64,000 nt of DNA from Candidatus Parcubacteria bacterium (GTDB taxonomy: Bacteria > Patescibacteriota > Saccharimonadia > UBA4664 > JBIOIQ01), in contig OY970378.1 in the NCBI GenBank assembly GCA_963718875.1, forward strand, positions 1,075,691 to 1,139,690, written 5' to 3'. The position numbers and the translations under genes were made by a program. This document shows, piece by piece, positions 10,024 to 18,580 of this stretch. Position 1 is the stretch's first letter, and every line of letters starts with the position of its first letter. Under the pieces are notes generated by a model. It made no database searches, was not told the origin of the DNA, and saw nothing but the letters and a program-made list of their open reading frames with translations.

Positions 10024-10287
10024 TTAACTAACGGCCTTCATAATACCGTCGCTTATTATTTTCTCAATATAATCCTTTCTCTTCCAGCGTTTAATTCTTC
10101 TTTCAGCATCTCTCGCTTCAGATAATGAGCCAAATTCTTGATGAAACACAAGCTTTAGCTCTCCCATTCGACTAGTACTTGGGGTACTTCCAGCAGAATG
10201 CTGGGAAATACGCCGATTAAGATTTGTGGTACTCCCGACGTAATACTTACCTGAACTTGAATATAAGATATAGAGATAGCTTTTCAT
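10024..10287 (-). CDS. GIY-YIG nuclease
   Basis: YLYIL..YYVGST.NL.RR..QH...A...E..IK.WK. Confidence 0.9.
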   Translation of the reverse strand: MKSYLYILYSSSGKYYVGSTTNLNRRISQHSAGSTPSTSRMGELKLVFHQEFGSLSEARDAERRIKRWKRKDYIEKIISDGIMKAVS

Positions 10288-10293
10288 ATATTC

Positions 10294-10362
10294 CTAACCA
10301 AAGCCGACGCAAAGGTCGGCTCCCCGACAACTATAGCTCGTCGGGGCTGAGCTACAACCGCC
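10294..10362 (-). repeat. Duplicated tRNA-His 5' 24 nt interrupted by two hairpins
   Basis: 10294-10301 plus 10347-10362 match 9997-10020 at 23/24; 45-nt insert of two stem-loops. Confidence 0.85.
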
Positions 10363-10784
10363 ATATAAGTTTCATTTGTATAAGTTTCGAATTACATTTG
10401 TACTTGACAGCATGAAAATTGAAAATTGATTAAATGATACTTGCATTCTGGTGGAGGCAATCCCGCAAGCGGGACGGCCCCCGAACTAATTTCAATTCGT
10501 TGTTTCAAATTCAAATCAGATCGGGTATATTTTAGAGCTCTTTCAAAATCCCTCCGTCCTGCAAACCCGTTTGTAGGGCAATCTACTGATTTTTTACTTC
10601 TCAAGGTAGCACTATGGCTATCTCTCAAACTAAGAAAATCACTATATTACTCCTAAAACGGGTTTTCGGATTTCGAATGGGTTTTGAAAGGGCTTTATTA
10701 CATTTTACCTGTAACCTATGACATTTGACACTTCTTCTAATGGCTAAAAGCCATGAGCAATCCGTCAGCTGACGGAGAGTCGAA

Positions 10785-10861
10785 TGGTGCCCCCGGTTGG
10801 ATTCGAACCAACGACCTTAGGCTTAGAAGTCCTCTGCTCTATCCAGCTGAGCTACAGGGGC
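10785..10861 (-). tRNA. tRNA-Arg(TCT)
   Basis: Acceptor GCCCCTG/CGGGGGC, loop CTTCTAA, TTCGAAT, CCA; anticodon stem imperfect. Confidence 0.88.
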
Positions 10862-10908
10862 GCATTGTCAAGTATACTTTAATATTAGGCTTTATTAATG
10901 GATGTTGG

Positions 10909-11340
10909 TTATTGGGTGTTTTTGAGCTTGACTTGGTAAACAAACTTATCTACGTCATCTACGGGGATATTATTGACACCCGACAGTCTGCCAAAAGCTA
11001 GGTTACTCCACGATGCTTGTCCAATTTGGTAAATTTCCATCTCTTTCTTTTTGGCAAAAGCATAGCCATTCTCAAGTTGAACCCCTGCAGAGACTCGTTC
11101 CTCCAAAAGAATGATTAATTTATCGGTATTATCAATTTCGTCAAAATCTTTTTGGAGTTCTGCTTCGGGCAGCTTAACCCCTCCCAAGCTCCATCGCGCA
11201 TGCTCCAAAGCGCAAAACACAACGTGATCGGCTTTGCGTAAGGAAACCAGCAAATCTTCTATTGCAGCTCGGTAATCTGCAGTCACCCGACCATCGGGAT
11301 CTACTTTAGACGAGAACGGGATTGAAAGAAATATACGCAT
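10909..11340 (-). CDS. Nucleoside 2-deoxyribosyltransferase-like protein
   Basis: MRIFLSIPF..D...I...D.L...SAGVQLE.GYA motif; start moved to ATG 11340. Confidence 0.7.
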   Translation of the reverse strand: MRIFLSIPFSSKVDPDGRVTADYRAAIEDLLVSLRKADHVVFCALEHARWSLGGVKLPEAELQKDFDEIDNTDKLIILLEERVSAGVQLENGYAFAKKKEMEIYQIGQASWSNLAFGRLSGVNNIPVDDVDKFVYQVKLKNTQ

Positions 11341-11399
11341 AATACCTGACTCTTTCTCTGCCAAAGTTTGTGTCCATTTTGTTGATATGGGCACAAACT

Positions 11400-11587
11400 T
11401 TGGAGCGGGTGGCGGGGATGTGGCTTGTGCCACCTTCCTGCGGTGCTCGGAAAGACCAAAAGCCAACTTTAATCTTTCCTGCGCTCCTCGTACACCGAAC
11501 CTAAAGGTTCGCTCACCACCACCCATTGTACCAAGAAAATAGCCCCAAACAAGCTGAGACTATTTTCTTGGAGCGGGTGGCGGGGAT
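11400..11587. mobile_element. 168-bp gene-less mini-element flanked by a 20-bp duplication of the tRNA-Gly 3' end
   Basis: TTGGAGCGGGTGGCGGGGAT at 11400-11419 and 11568-11587. Confidence 0.75.
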
Positions 11588-11643
11588 CGAACCCGCGTCT
11601 CCAGCTTGGAAGGCTAGCATAATAGCCACTATACGACACCCGC
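11569..11643 (-). tRNA. tRNA-Gly(TCC)
   Basis: Cloverleaf, anticodon loop CTTCCAA, CCA end. Confidence 0.95.
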
Positions 11644-11733
11644 ATGCTTACTGATTATCCGAAGTATTGTAGCAGAGAAAGGCTTTAGCGCAAAGGCTTA
11701 CTTAGGGCCAATAAGTCTCGGGTCATAATTAAT

Positions 11734-11762
11734 TTGACTTCCCTGTGCACAAGTGCTATAAT
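11734..11762 (+). promoter_or_regulatory. sigma70-like promoter
   Basis: TTGACT-N17-TATAAT. Confidence 0.75.
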
Positions 11763-11818
11763 TGTGTGACGATTTTTGGCAGTTCTTGTTTCGGTCAACT
11801 CCTATGAAAGGCCACGCC

Positions 11819-12571
11819 ATGCGTCGAGCACTTGTCTTTGTTGTCGTAATCGGGCTACTGACCGTAGCCTGCAGAAGCGACAAGGAAGCCCCTTCAACAT
11901 CTTTCCAGCAAGTAGCAGCCGCCGCCGAAGCGGCGGCTCCGGTCAGCACAACCGTCGTCACAACCACCGCCCCACCAGTGGTATCAACTACCATGGTTGC
12001 GCCAACGGCTACCACAGCCCGGCCGACAACCACGATGATGGCTACCACCACAACGGTTCGTCCATCACCTACCACCACCGTGCCAGTCGCCACAACAGCG
12101 GCGCCCGACATGTTCAGCTCCGAACGAGAGTTCGACAAGGTGCTGATTGGCGGGTCGGCGGTTCGCATTGGCCAGGACTTTGCGTCGATGCAAGGCCGGT
12201 TCAGCGATCTGGGATTTGGCCGTTGGCAGTCCCAGACTGCCTTCACTACCTTCGTGTCGGTGAGCGGCGGTAAGATCGTGGCCATCGTCAGCATCCAAGA
12301 CCATGGCCGCCACGCAGCAACCGTGACGGTGCCGGATTTCTACTACGGCATGCAGCTCGCTGAACTACGCATTTGGTACCCCGAGATGCAGTTCGACAAG
12401 TTCGATACCCAGCCTGCGCTGCGAAAGAACCTGCGTAACGGTAGTTTCTACGCCGTAGGAGGAGGTTGCACCACAGGAGGGGTCGACGTGGTGGCAATAG
12501 CCCTAACGGGTTTTCAATCCACTGCGGAACAGATGGTTCATCTCGGGGACTGCAACCCCGACAAGGACTGA
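11819..12571 (+). CDS. GC-rich lipoprotein with Thr/Pro linker and C-terminal globular domain
   Basis: MRR + hydrophobic stretch + TVAC lipobox; GAAAGG SD; strongly GC-rich codons. Confidence 0.75.
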   Translation: MRRALVFVVVIGLLTVACRSDKEAPSTSFQQVAAAAEAAAPVSTTVVTTTAPPVVSTTMVAPTATTARPTTTMMATTTTVRPSPTTTVPVATTAAPDMFSSEREFDKVLIGGSAVRIGQDFASMQGRFSDLGFGRWQSQTAFTTFVSVSGGKIVAIVSIQDHGRHAATVTVPDFYYGMQLAELRIWYPEMQFDKFDTQPALRKNLRNGSFYAVGGGCTTGGVDVVAIALTGFQSTAEQMVHLGDCNPDKD

Positions 12572-12577
12572 TCCGAA

Positions 12578-12626
12578 GCCCCGAGGACGACGCAATTCGC
12601 GCGTCGTCCTCGGGGCAGTTTTTTAT
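12578..12626 (+). terminator. Intrinsic terminator
   Basis: GCCCCGAGGACGACGC / GCGTCGTCCTCGGGGC stem followed by a T run. Confidence 0.8.
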
Positions 12627-12688
12627 TATAAAGTGCTTGTGCTTATTTTTGCTGCGTGGTATAACCACATTATAAGCGCCGTTTAAAA

Positions 12689-13927
12689 ATGAAATTTCGT
12701 TCAAAATATTGGTTACTGGCCGCAGCATTACTGATTAACTTTCTACCTCTTAACTTTGCTGGCAACAATACTGCACTAGCAGAAAGCAACATCTGTCCCC
12801 TAGCGGGTGACCCACCCATAATGAGTGCTTACAGAACTGCAGAACGTCCCAACCACAAGGGTCTTGATTTGGATGTTCCTGAAGGTACAGCAATTTATGC
12901 AGTTGAGAGCGGCAGCGTTGAAGCGCCTCCGTATGATGACGGTGGTTATGGCGTGTGGCTAATTTTGTCGAGTGGAAATTATACGTTTCGCTACGGGCAT
13001 ATTGGTCAAATAGTCAAAACCGGCTCAGTTAACGCTGGGGACGTTATTGCCTATTCCGACACTAGCGGGAATGCTTCTGCACCTCATCTGCACTGGGAAG
13101 TGCGTAACCCCGTGAACGATATTGATCCAACACCGTTTTGGAATTCTTGCACTGAGCCGGGAGGCGGAGGTGGATCCACTCCAACCGCTCCTCCAGTAAC
13201 TTCACCACCAACTACAGCACCTGTAATAAACCCTGTCCCCGTTACAAACCCTACTCCGGTAAGCTCGGATAGCAGCTGCCACGCCCAGGTCTTGCGCCAA
13301 GGTACCTCTAGCGACTGCGTGACCCACCTTCAGAACCACTTGAACGGCTATGGCTACGGTATTCCTACCACCGGTTATTTTGGTACTATTACTTTCAACT
13401 CAGTCTGTGACTTTCAAAACAAGCACGGCTTATCTCCGTGTGATGGTGTGGTAGGCCCAAACACTTGGAATGCTCTGCATAGCGGCTCTGGTGCGTCAGC
13501 GCCTGTTCAGACAACTCAACCATCGAATCCAACTGTAAGCTCAAACTCTGGGCAAATCGTAAACGAGTATAACGGGTTATGTTTAGATGTACCGGGAGCC
13601 GATTTTAGCAACATGGTTTTTGTGCAGCTGTACGGCTGCAATGGAACTGCTGCCCAAAGATGGACACTAGCATCGAATGGCTCGCTTCAAACAGCCAACA
13701 ACATGTGCTTGGACGTTCGAGATGGCGATACTAGCAATGGCAAGCGTGTGCAAATTTATTCTTGCCTAAATAACGCCAACCAACAATGGCAGCGGCGGTC
13801 AGACCAAACAATTCGGCCAAATATTAATACCAATAAATGCTTGGAGGATTACGGCTTTGGTACCGGTGACGGTGCAATAGTAGCTTTATGGGACTGTAAC
13901 GGTGGGAGTAACCAAAAATGGCGATGA
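12689..13927 (+). CDS. Secreted M23 peptidase + peptidoglycan-binding + ricin B lectin protein
   Basis: Signal peptide; HKGLD and PHLHWEV M23 motifs; LRQG..V..LQ..L..DGVVGPNTW; CLDV and QxW repeats. Confidence 0.9.
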   Translation: MKFRSKYWLLAAALLINFLPLNFAGNNTALAESNICPLAGDPPIMSAYRTAERPNHKGLDLDVPEGTAIYAVESGSVEAPPYDDGGYGVWLILSSGNYTFRYGHIGQIVKTGSVNAGDVIAYSDTSGNASAPHLHWEVRNPVNDIDPTPFWNSCTEPGGGGGSTPTAPPVTSPPTTAPVINPVPVTNPTPVSSDSSCHAQVLRQGTSSDCVTHLQNHLNGYGYGIPTTGYFGTITFNSVCDFQNKHGLSPCDGVVGPNTWNALHSGSGASAPVQTTQPSNPTVSSNSGQIVNEYNGLCLDVPGADFSNMVFVQLYGCNGTAAQRWTLASNGSLQTANNMCLDVRDGDTSNGKRVQIYSCLNNANQQWQRRSDQTIRPNINTNKCLEDYGFGTGDGAIVALWDCNGGSNQKWR

Positions 13928-14029
13928 CAGAGGTTAACGTAAATGTGAATAAGCAAGCTAACAAAAGGTCAGGGGTGGCGGCGCAAAAACAGCACAAGCA
14001 GCAGCAACAATCAGCCAGGATCAAACAAG

Positions 14030-14611
14030 GTGCTTTTTTCGGCAATTAGCTTTAGCCCCAAAAGCCCACTTTTAATTGGCTTGGCGCTAGCAATCCTGGC
14101 CGCAGTAACATTTGTGGTGGTCAAAGCTGCAACTATAACAAGCTTAGAGGAGTCTGTACGACTTTCCAACGGCCAAGAAGTGCGTCTAGGTCAACCTACA
14201 GGTGAGCTTAAAACCGGCATTCATAAAGTTAACGACCAATTGTTCCAATATCCTAACAACAGGTTCAGGCCCATCGAAGCAATCATATATGCCGAGAATA
14301 ATGTAGTCAGCGCCATTCAAATCATAAAGCCAAGCAGTAACTCATTGGCCTTGAGCGGGGTCAAAGTAGGGGCGTCAGCATTAGAAATATCAGCCCGATT
14401 AAGGGGGAAGCTTGAGCCATTAGAGGCAAGATTGCTTAGTTTGAATCGCCGCGGCAACCAAGTCAATCAGTCTCGATCGGTAGCATACTTCTTAAAGCCT
14501 CCGTGCAGTACTAGTGAGCAGGTTACTACAATTACACTAGCTTTGAAAGACTATGCAACCAAGCTGGCTGCGCGGACAATACCTTCTGACTGTAATACGG
14601 AAACAGACTAG
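14030..14611 (+). CDS. Membrane-anchored protein, diverged homolog of the 11819 lipoprotein domain
   Basis: N-terminal TM helix; shares VR(L/I)GQ, C.T..V...AL and terminal DCN..D; start uncertain. Confidence 0.6.
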   Translation: MLFSAISFSPKSPLLIGLALAILAAVTFVVVKAATITSLEESVRLSNGQEVRLGQPTGELKTGIHKVNDQLFQYPNNRFRPIEAIIYAENNVVSAIQIIKPSSNSLALSGVKVGASALEISARLRGKLEPLEARLLSLNRRGNQVNQSRSVAYFLKPPCSTSEQVTTITLALKDYATKLAARTIPSDCNTETD

Positions 14612-14626
14612 TCATTTTATACTGAG

Positions 14627-15130
14627 TTAGAGAGCTTGGCCGCCGGCATGGTCTGTCCAGTCTTTTAAAAACCAACTTGAAGACCACTTTTTATCAAGCC
14701 CTACACCAGTCATAATTTCGATTCCGTGTTTTTGACAGGTGTCCCATTCGCGAATTGTTTTGGCGTCAACTCTATCACCACCTTTTGTAAATATATGAGG
14801 TTTAATTTCATTGAGCGCTTGAATAACCGATAAATCCCCTTCAATTTCAAAAGGTACAACATAATCCACGCCTCTAAGTGAACTTACAATTAGACTGCGA
14901 GTAGCTAAATCCTGAAAAGGCTTGCCTTTCTTGGCGGTTAGAAAAGCGTCACCATTAACAATTACAACCAGTGTGTCACCATATTGTTTGCTTTCAACAA
15001 TACAGCTGATGTGTCCGGGGTGAATAGGGTCATAGCCACCACTCGTGGCTACTATTTTTCCTAACTGGGGGCGCAAAATTTTAAGCTCATCCATACTTAT
15101 AATTGGCGCACCGAAATGTGTATGTTGCAT
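14627..15130 (-). CDS. Cytidylyltransferase-family (RfaE2/TagD-like) protein
   Basis: SGGYDPIHPGH, LVVIVNGD, KGGDR, SSS motifs. Confidence 0.85.
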   Translation of the reverse strand: MQHTHFGAPIISMDELKILRPQLGKIVATSGGYDPIHPGHISCIVESKQYGDTLVVIVNGDAFLTAKKGKPFQDLATRSLIVSSLRGVDYVVPFEIEGDLSVIQALNEIKPHIFTKGGDRVDAKTIREWDTCQKHGIEIMTGVGLDKKWSSSWFLKDWTDHAGGQAL

Positions 15131-15277
15131 AAATAATCTCGACTACTTAGTTCATTTTTGCATAAACCAATTTGTAAACCAAGCCACCAGGCTGTTTACA
15201 AATTGGAAAGCGAGGCTTTGAGCAAAAGCCAGAATAATTTCAGTATGAAATTGTTTAGACTGAAGCACAAAATGAGC

Positions 15278-15353
15278 TGGTCGGGGTGAAAGGACTCGAA
15301 CCTTCGGCCTCCTGCTCCCAAAGCAGGCGCGCTACCAACTGCGCCACACCCCG
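15278..15353 (-). tRNA. tRNA-Pro(TGG)
   Basis: Cloverleaf, CCTGC-TTTGGGA-GCAGG, CCA. Confidence 0.95.
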
Positions 15354-15585
15354 TCCTCCAAGTTGAACTGCGGCCTACAGAATATAATTAATATTCTTTC
15401 AGCCTTCGCTCAACTTCTCGTCTACCCTCGCCAAACAGGCTGGTGCCTTAGTTCGGCTCGGGTTATACGCTCAAGCGATGCTACTATCGCTGCTCCTCTA
15501 AGTTTTGCAAAAAAATAACCCAATGCGGAGCTCGGTTGAACCTGATAATTATAATGTTTTTGAGAAGAGATAGCCATACATGACT

Positions 15586-15618
15586 CGACCCGGCCCCACT
15601 GGTGGTGGGGCCGGGTCG
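15586..15618 (-). terminator. GC-rich hairpin downstream of pup
   Basis: Perfect 14-bp stem CGACCCGGCCCCAC/GTGGGGCCGGGTCG. Confidence 0.7.
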
Positions 15619-15695
15619 TACTAGCTGCCGACTACTTGGCAATGTCCGCCGAAGATAGATCTGGATCACCTCCTAACTCGCGGTCGAAGCTCCCA

Positions 15696-15887
15696 TTACT
15701 GGCCGCCCTTCTGGACGTAACTGCGAACGAATTCTTCGGCGTTGTCCTCCAACACCTCGTCGATCTCGTCCAAGAGCTCGTCGAGCTCGGCCTTGAGCTT
15801 GTCACCTTGCTTGGCTGGGAGGGTCGTGTCCACCACCTCGTCTGTTCGAGTGGTGGATTGCTTCCTTTTCTGTTCCCTTTCGGCCAT
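15696..15887 (-). CDS. pup: Prokaryotic ubiquitin-like protein Pup
   Basis: 63 aa ending DELLDEIDEVLEDNAEEFVRSYVQKGGQ, the Pup signature; AGGAG SD. Confidence 0.93.
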   Translation of the reverse strand: MAEREQKRKQSTTRTDEVVDTTLPAKQGDKLKAELDELLDEIDEVLEDNAEEFVRSYVQKGGQ

Positions 15888-16158
15888 GGGCCGACTCCTC
15901 TCGGGATGCAGTAATCGGATGATTGTTGGATAGGCAAGCCGCTGACTTGCCTATCCAACTTCCCGCTCCTACTTAGTGCCTGCGCGCGACTTAGACAGCC
16001 ACAGCTGCGGCTGTCTCGGTTGGGTTGTCAGTGGGCATGGCCACCTCCGTAAATAGACGGATCCTTGATTACCCTTTTATAATACTCATGTAGTCAAGCA
16101 TTACCACAAAAAAACCACCCAAAGTTGGTGGTTTTTTTAAAGTTTTGACGCAAAGAGA

Positions 16159-16431
16159 TTAGCGGACGATTTCTTTGAGTCGCTTACCCGCTCTAAAACG
16201 AGGCATGGGCATTTCAGGAATCCGAATTTCTGCACCAGTTTGCGGATTTACCCCGCGACGGGCTGCCCGTTTGCCGAGATCAAAAGTGCCAAATCCGGTA
16301 ACCGATACTTTTTCGCCTTTTTTAACAGTACGTCCTACAATTGAAACGAAGGTCGATAAAACCGTTTGAACTTGGCGCTTGGTCATCTTGGTCTCGCCGG
16401 CAAGTGTTTCAATTAGTTGTTGTTTTGTCAT
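16159..16431 (-). CDS. hup: DNA-binding protein HU
   Basis: GFGTF..R.AR.GVNPQTG..I.I...P.F.AGK.LK; terminator at ~16108-16138. Confidence 0.95.
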   Translation of the reverse strand: MTKQQLIETLAGETKMTKRQVQTVLSTFVSIVGRTVKKGEKVSVTGFGTFDLGKRAARRGVNPQTGAEIRIPEMPMPRFRAGKRLKEIVR

Positions 16432-16580
16432 TATTAACTCCTTTTGTTATTAATCTAATACATTAAATACGAGGCTTTGGCTTAACTTTAATCCCTCAAT
16501 TTAATAGCCATTCTATCGTGATAAACCACCCGTCTGCAACTATAAGCAGTATAGCTTTATGCCTTATGGTAGTTTAAATA

Positions 16581-17180
16581 TTAATCCTTAAGAATACCTG
16601 AGACTTTAAGTGCTTTAACAGCAGACAATGCCGAGACCCAAGCATCAAAGCGAGGATTGTGATGTAAATTTGGAACATCAACAATTTGCTCGGCCACATA
16701 CCTATAGCGGACAGCCAAGGGTTTAACGCCAATCATAATAAACATTGAGGCAAGATCTAGCAATGGGAATGAATGGTCCCAATAGCGCTCCTCTAAGTCA
16801 TCGTCTTGGCAGTTTACGAGAAAGCGTGCCTCCACAGGATAGCCATTGTCGGTTAACATATAGTCGGACTGTTCTTTGGCAACTTTGTACCATTCCCAAA
16901 AATCATCGCGCATAGCTCGTGAGGTACGGTGGGTTTCAGGAAAATTTTCTAATACCGGTAAAACATTCTTTTTAACCCAAGGGTCAAGCTCGCCTTCGAC
17001 TGGACAGCGGGCGTAAAATTCGTCTACTACAGTGCCGTCCATTTTTATGACCACCGCACCCACGGCAAATGCTTTACCGTGCAAACCATTGCTTTCCACG
17101 TCGATCGAAAGCAATTTCGTTTCAGGTGTTATGGGTAAGGCAGGCTGGTCAGGTTCAATTTTCAATTCATCAATTTTCAC
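16581..17180 (-). CDS. DEDDh 3'-5' exonuclease-like protein
   Basis: IDVES.G, LDL.S, H.P..DA motifs. Confidence 0.65.
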   Translation of the reverse strand: MKIDELKIEPDQPALPITPETKLLSIDVESNGLHGKAFAVGAVVIKMDGTVVDEFYARCPVEGELDPWVKKNVLPVLENFPETHRTSRAMRDDFWEWYKVAKEQSDYMLTDNGYPVEARFLVNCQDDDLEERYWDHSFPLLDLASMFIMIGVKPLAVRYRYVAEQIVDVPNLHHNPRFDAWVSALSAVKALKVSGILKD

Positions 17181-17182
17181 TT

Positions 17183-17539
17183 TTATTTCCTTTTTTCGTC
17201 AACGTTTTCATTCTGTTCAGTATACCAGTCGGGGTTGGTGATGGTTAAAAGTTTAAGATGATTGCCAATTAGGTAGCTAGTGCTGCCGGAAGGTATAACG
17301 GCCACGTCACCAGGCAAAATGACGTCTTCTTTCCCATCTATGACTATCTGGGCGCTGCCTTCTAATACGTAATAAAACTCGTCACAAACGGTATTTTTTG
17401 CAGATCCATCAGCGGGGACTCGCCCATGAATCTCTTGGTAAGATAAGCCCATGCTAATACCGGGCAAGGCATAGTCATATAATTTTGACACTCCATTGTC
17501 TAGCTCTTTAACTCTGGTCTGTTTTCGAATAACAGTCAT
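17183..17539 (-). CDS. Cupin domain protein
   Basis: E.YYVLEG...G...PGD...IP.G. Confidence 0.75.
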   Translation of the reverse strand: MTVIRKQTRVKELDNGVSKLYDYALPGISMGLSYQEIHGRVPADGSAKNTVCDEFYYVLEGSAQIVIDGKEDVILPGDVAVIPSGSTSYLIGNHLKLLTITNPDWYTEQNENVDEKRK

Positions 17540-18081
17540 TGATGCAGCTTTCTTTTTAATTCCATTACAAGCTCATCAAAAGGTTTATCATATAAAAAGT
17601 GGCCGCGGTCATTCATTTCGTAATATTCGGTTTGCAACTGTTCGTGAACGAAGCGCGGTTCGTCGATGGGAATGTAAGGGTCGTCTGTGGAAGCGAACTG
17701 AATAATCCAACCTTGGTTGGATCGAATTGCTTCCCAATTCCAGGGTCGGTTAAAGTAACCGCTTTGCTTTTCGCCCTCGTCATCTAGGTCGGTGTGACTG
17801 GCTCCTATTAAAACTGATCCAAGAATGCGGTGGGTTTCGGCAAAGCGCATGGCGGCGATTGCTCCCGAAGAATGGCCAACTAGCACAGTGTTTTGGTCGG
17901 CCTTAAGCTCGTCCTGCAAGTAAGGGATCCAATATTGCTCACGGGCATGGACGGCGTCAGGGAAGTCGGGGCTAATCGCGGCAATGCCGGCATCTTTCAA
18001 TTTACGAACCACATCGGGCTGCCAATTATCTTGGCCGCTGGCGCCACCATTGCCGTGAATTAAAATTACTCGAATGCTCAT
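17536..18081 (-). CDS. RBBP9/YdeN alpha/beta hydrolase
   Basis: IHGNGG, GHSSG, STDDP, GHF. Confidence 0.88.
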   Translation of the reverse strand: MSIRVILIHGNGGASGQDNWQPDVVRKLKDAGIAAISPDFPDAVHAREQYWIPYLQDELKADQNTVLVGHSSGAIAAMRFAETHRILGSVLIGASHTDLDDEGEKQSGYFNRPWNWEAIRSNQGWIIQFASTDDPYIPIDEPRFVHEQLQTEYYEMNDRGHFLYDKPFDELVMELKRKLHQ

Positions 18082-18107
18082 TTCTTTGTTTCCGATTCTT
18101 CTCCAAG

Positions 18108-18572
18108 GATACAAGAAACAAGAAGCAAGTTACAAACAACTTTCAAATTACAATATTCGGAATCCACAGCCTAGCCCTGACTCTTAATAATGATGGCTGA
18201 AAGTATGTTTTTTAATTCGTTTGCCTCATTTTTTAATGTTTTAACCGAGATTCCATCGTTGGCTTCTTCAAGAAGCTCAAGCCAATGGAGGGTTTCTTTG
18301 GCTTCTTTACGAGCGGTTTTGAGCCTCAAGAGGAAATCTTTCTTGCCTAAAGCGTCATTTGCTTCTCGATAGTTTGCTCCGACGGAACCTGCAGACCCTA
18401 CTAGTTGGCCACAGATGCGACTATTTATTGAGTCCTTTGATACTGAACGGCACACTCGAACAACTTCACGGCCGAAAGCTGTCGTTCTGGCCTCTAGATC
18501 ATACTTTTGAACTGTTTCGGAATTGTTCATTGAGCTTTGTTTGTATCCTTGTCTCTTGTATCTTGTTACTTG
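18108..18572. repeat. Inverted heptamer (ACAAGAT-like) repeat arrays flanking the four-helix bundle gene
   Basis: GATACAAGAAACAAG... on the left; TTGTCTCTTGTATCTTG... on the right. Confidence 0.65.
18171..18530 (-). CDS. Four-helix bundle protein (23S rRNA IVP/bAvd-like)
   Basis: QL..SAGSVGANY.EA..KDF...ARKEAKET..WL. Confidence 0.9.
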   Translation of the reverse strand: MNNSETVQKYDLEARTTAFGREVVRVCRSVSKDSINSRICGQLVGSAGSVGANYREANDALGKKDFLLRLKTARKEAKETLHWLELLEEANDGISVKTLKNEANELKNILSAIIIKSQG

Positions 18573-18580
18573 CGTCAGTT

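Noticed and set aside
10753-11001. ORF across tRNA-Arg (similar case at 58000-58311)
   Set aside because: Antisense reading of a tRNA gene
10909-11526. 205-aa version of the deoxyribosyltransferase-like ORF
   Set aside because: The N-terminal extension runs through the tRNA-Gly duplicate and a hairpin; the family motif starts at 11340
15696-15887. Calling the ORF UBact instead of Pup
   Set aside because: The LLDEIDEVLEDNAEEFVRSYVQKGGQ tail follows the Pup consensus
18171-18530. Diversity-generating retroelement
   Set aside because: Avd-like fold only; no reverse transcriptase or TR/VR pair seen in the window
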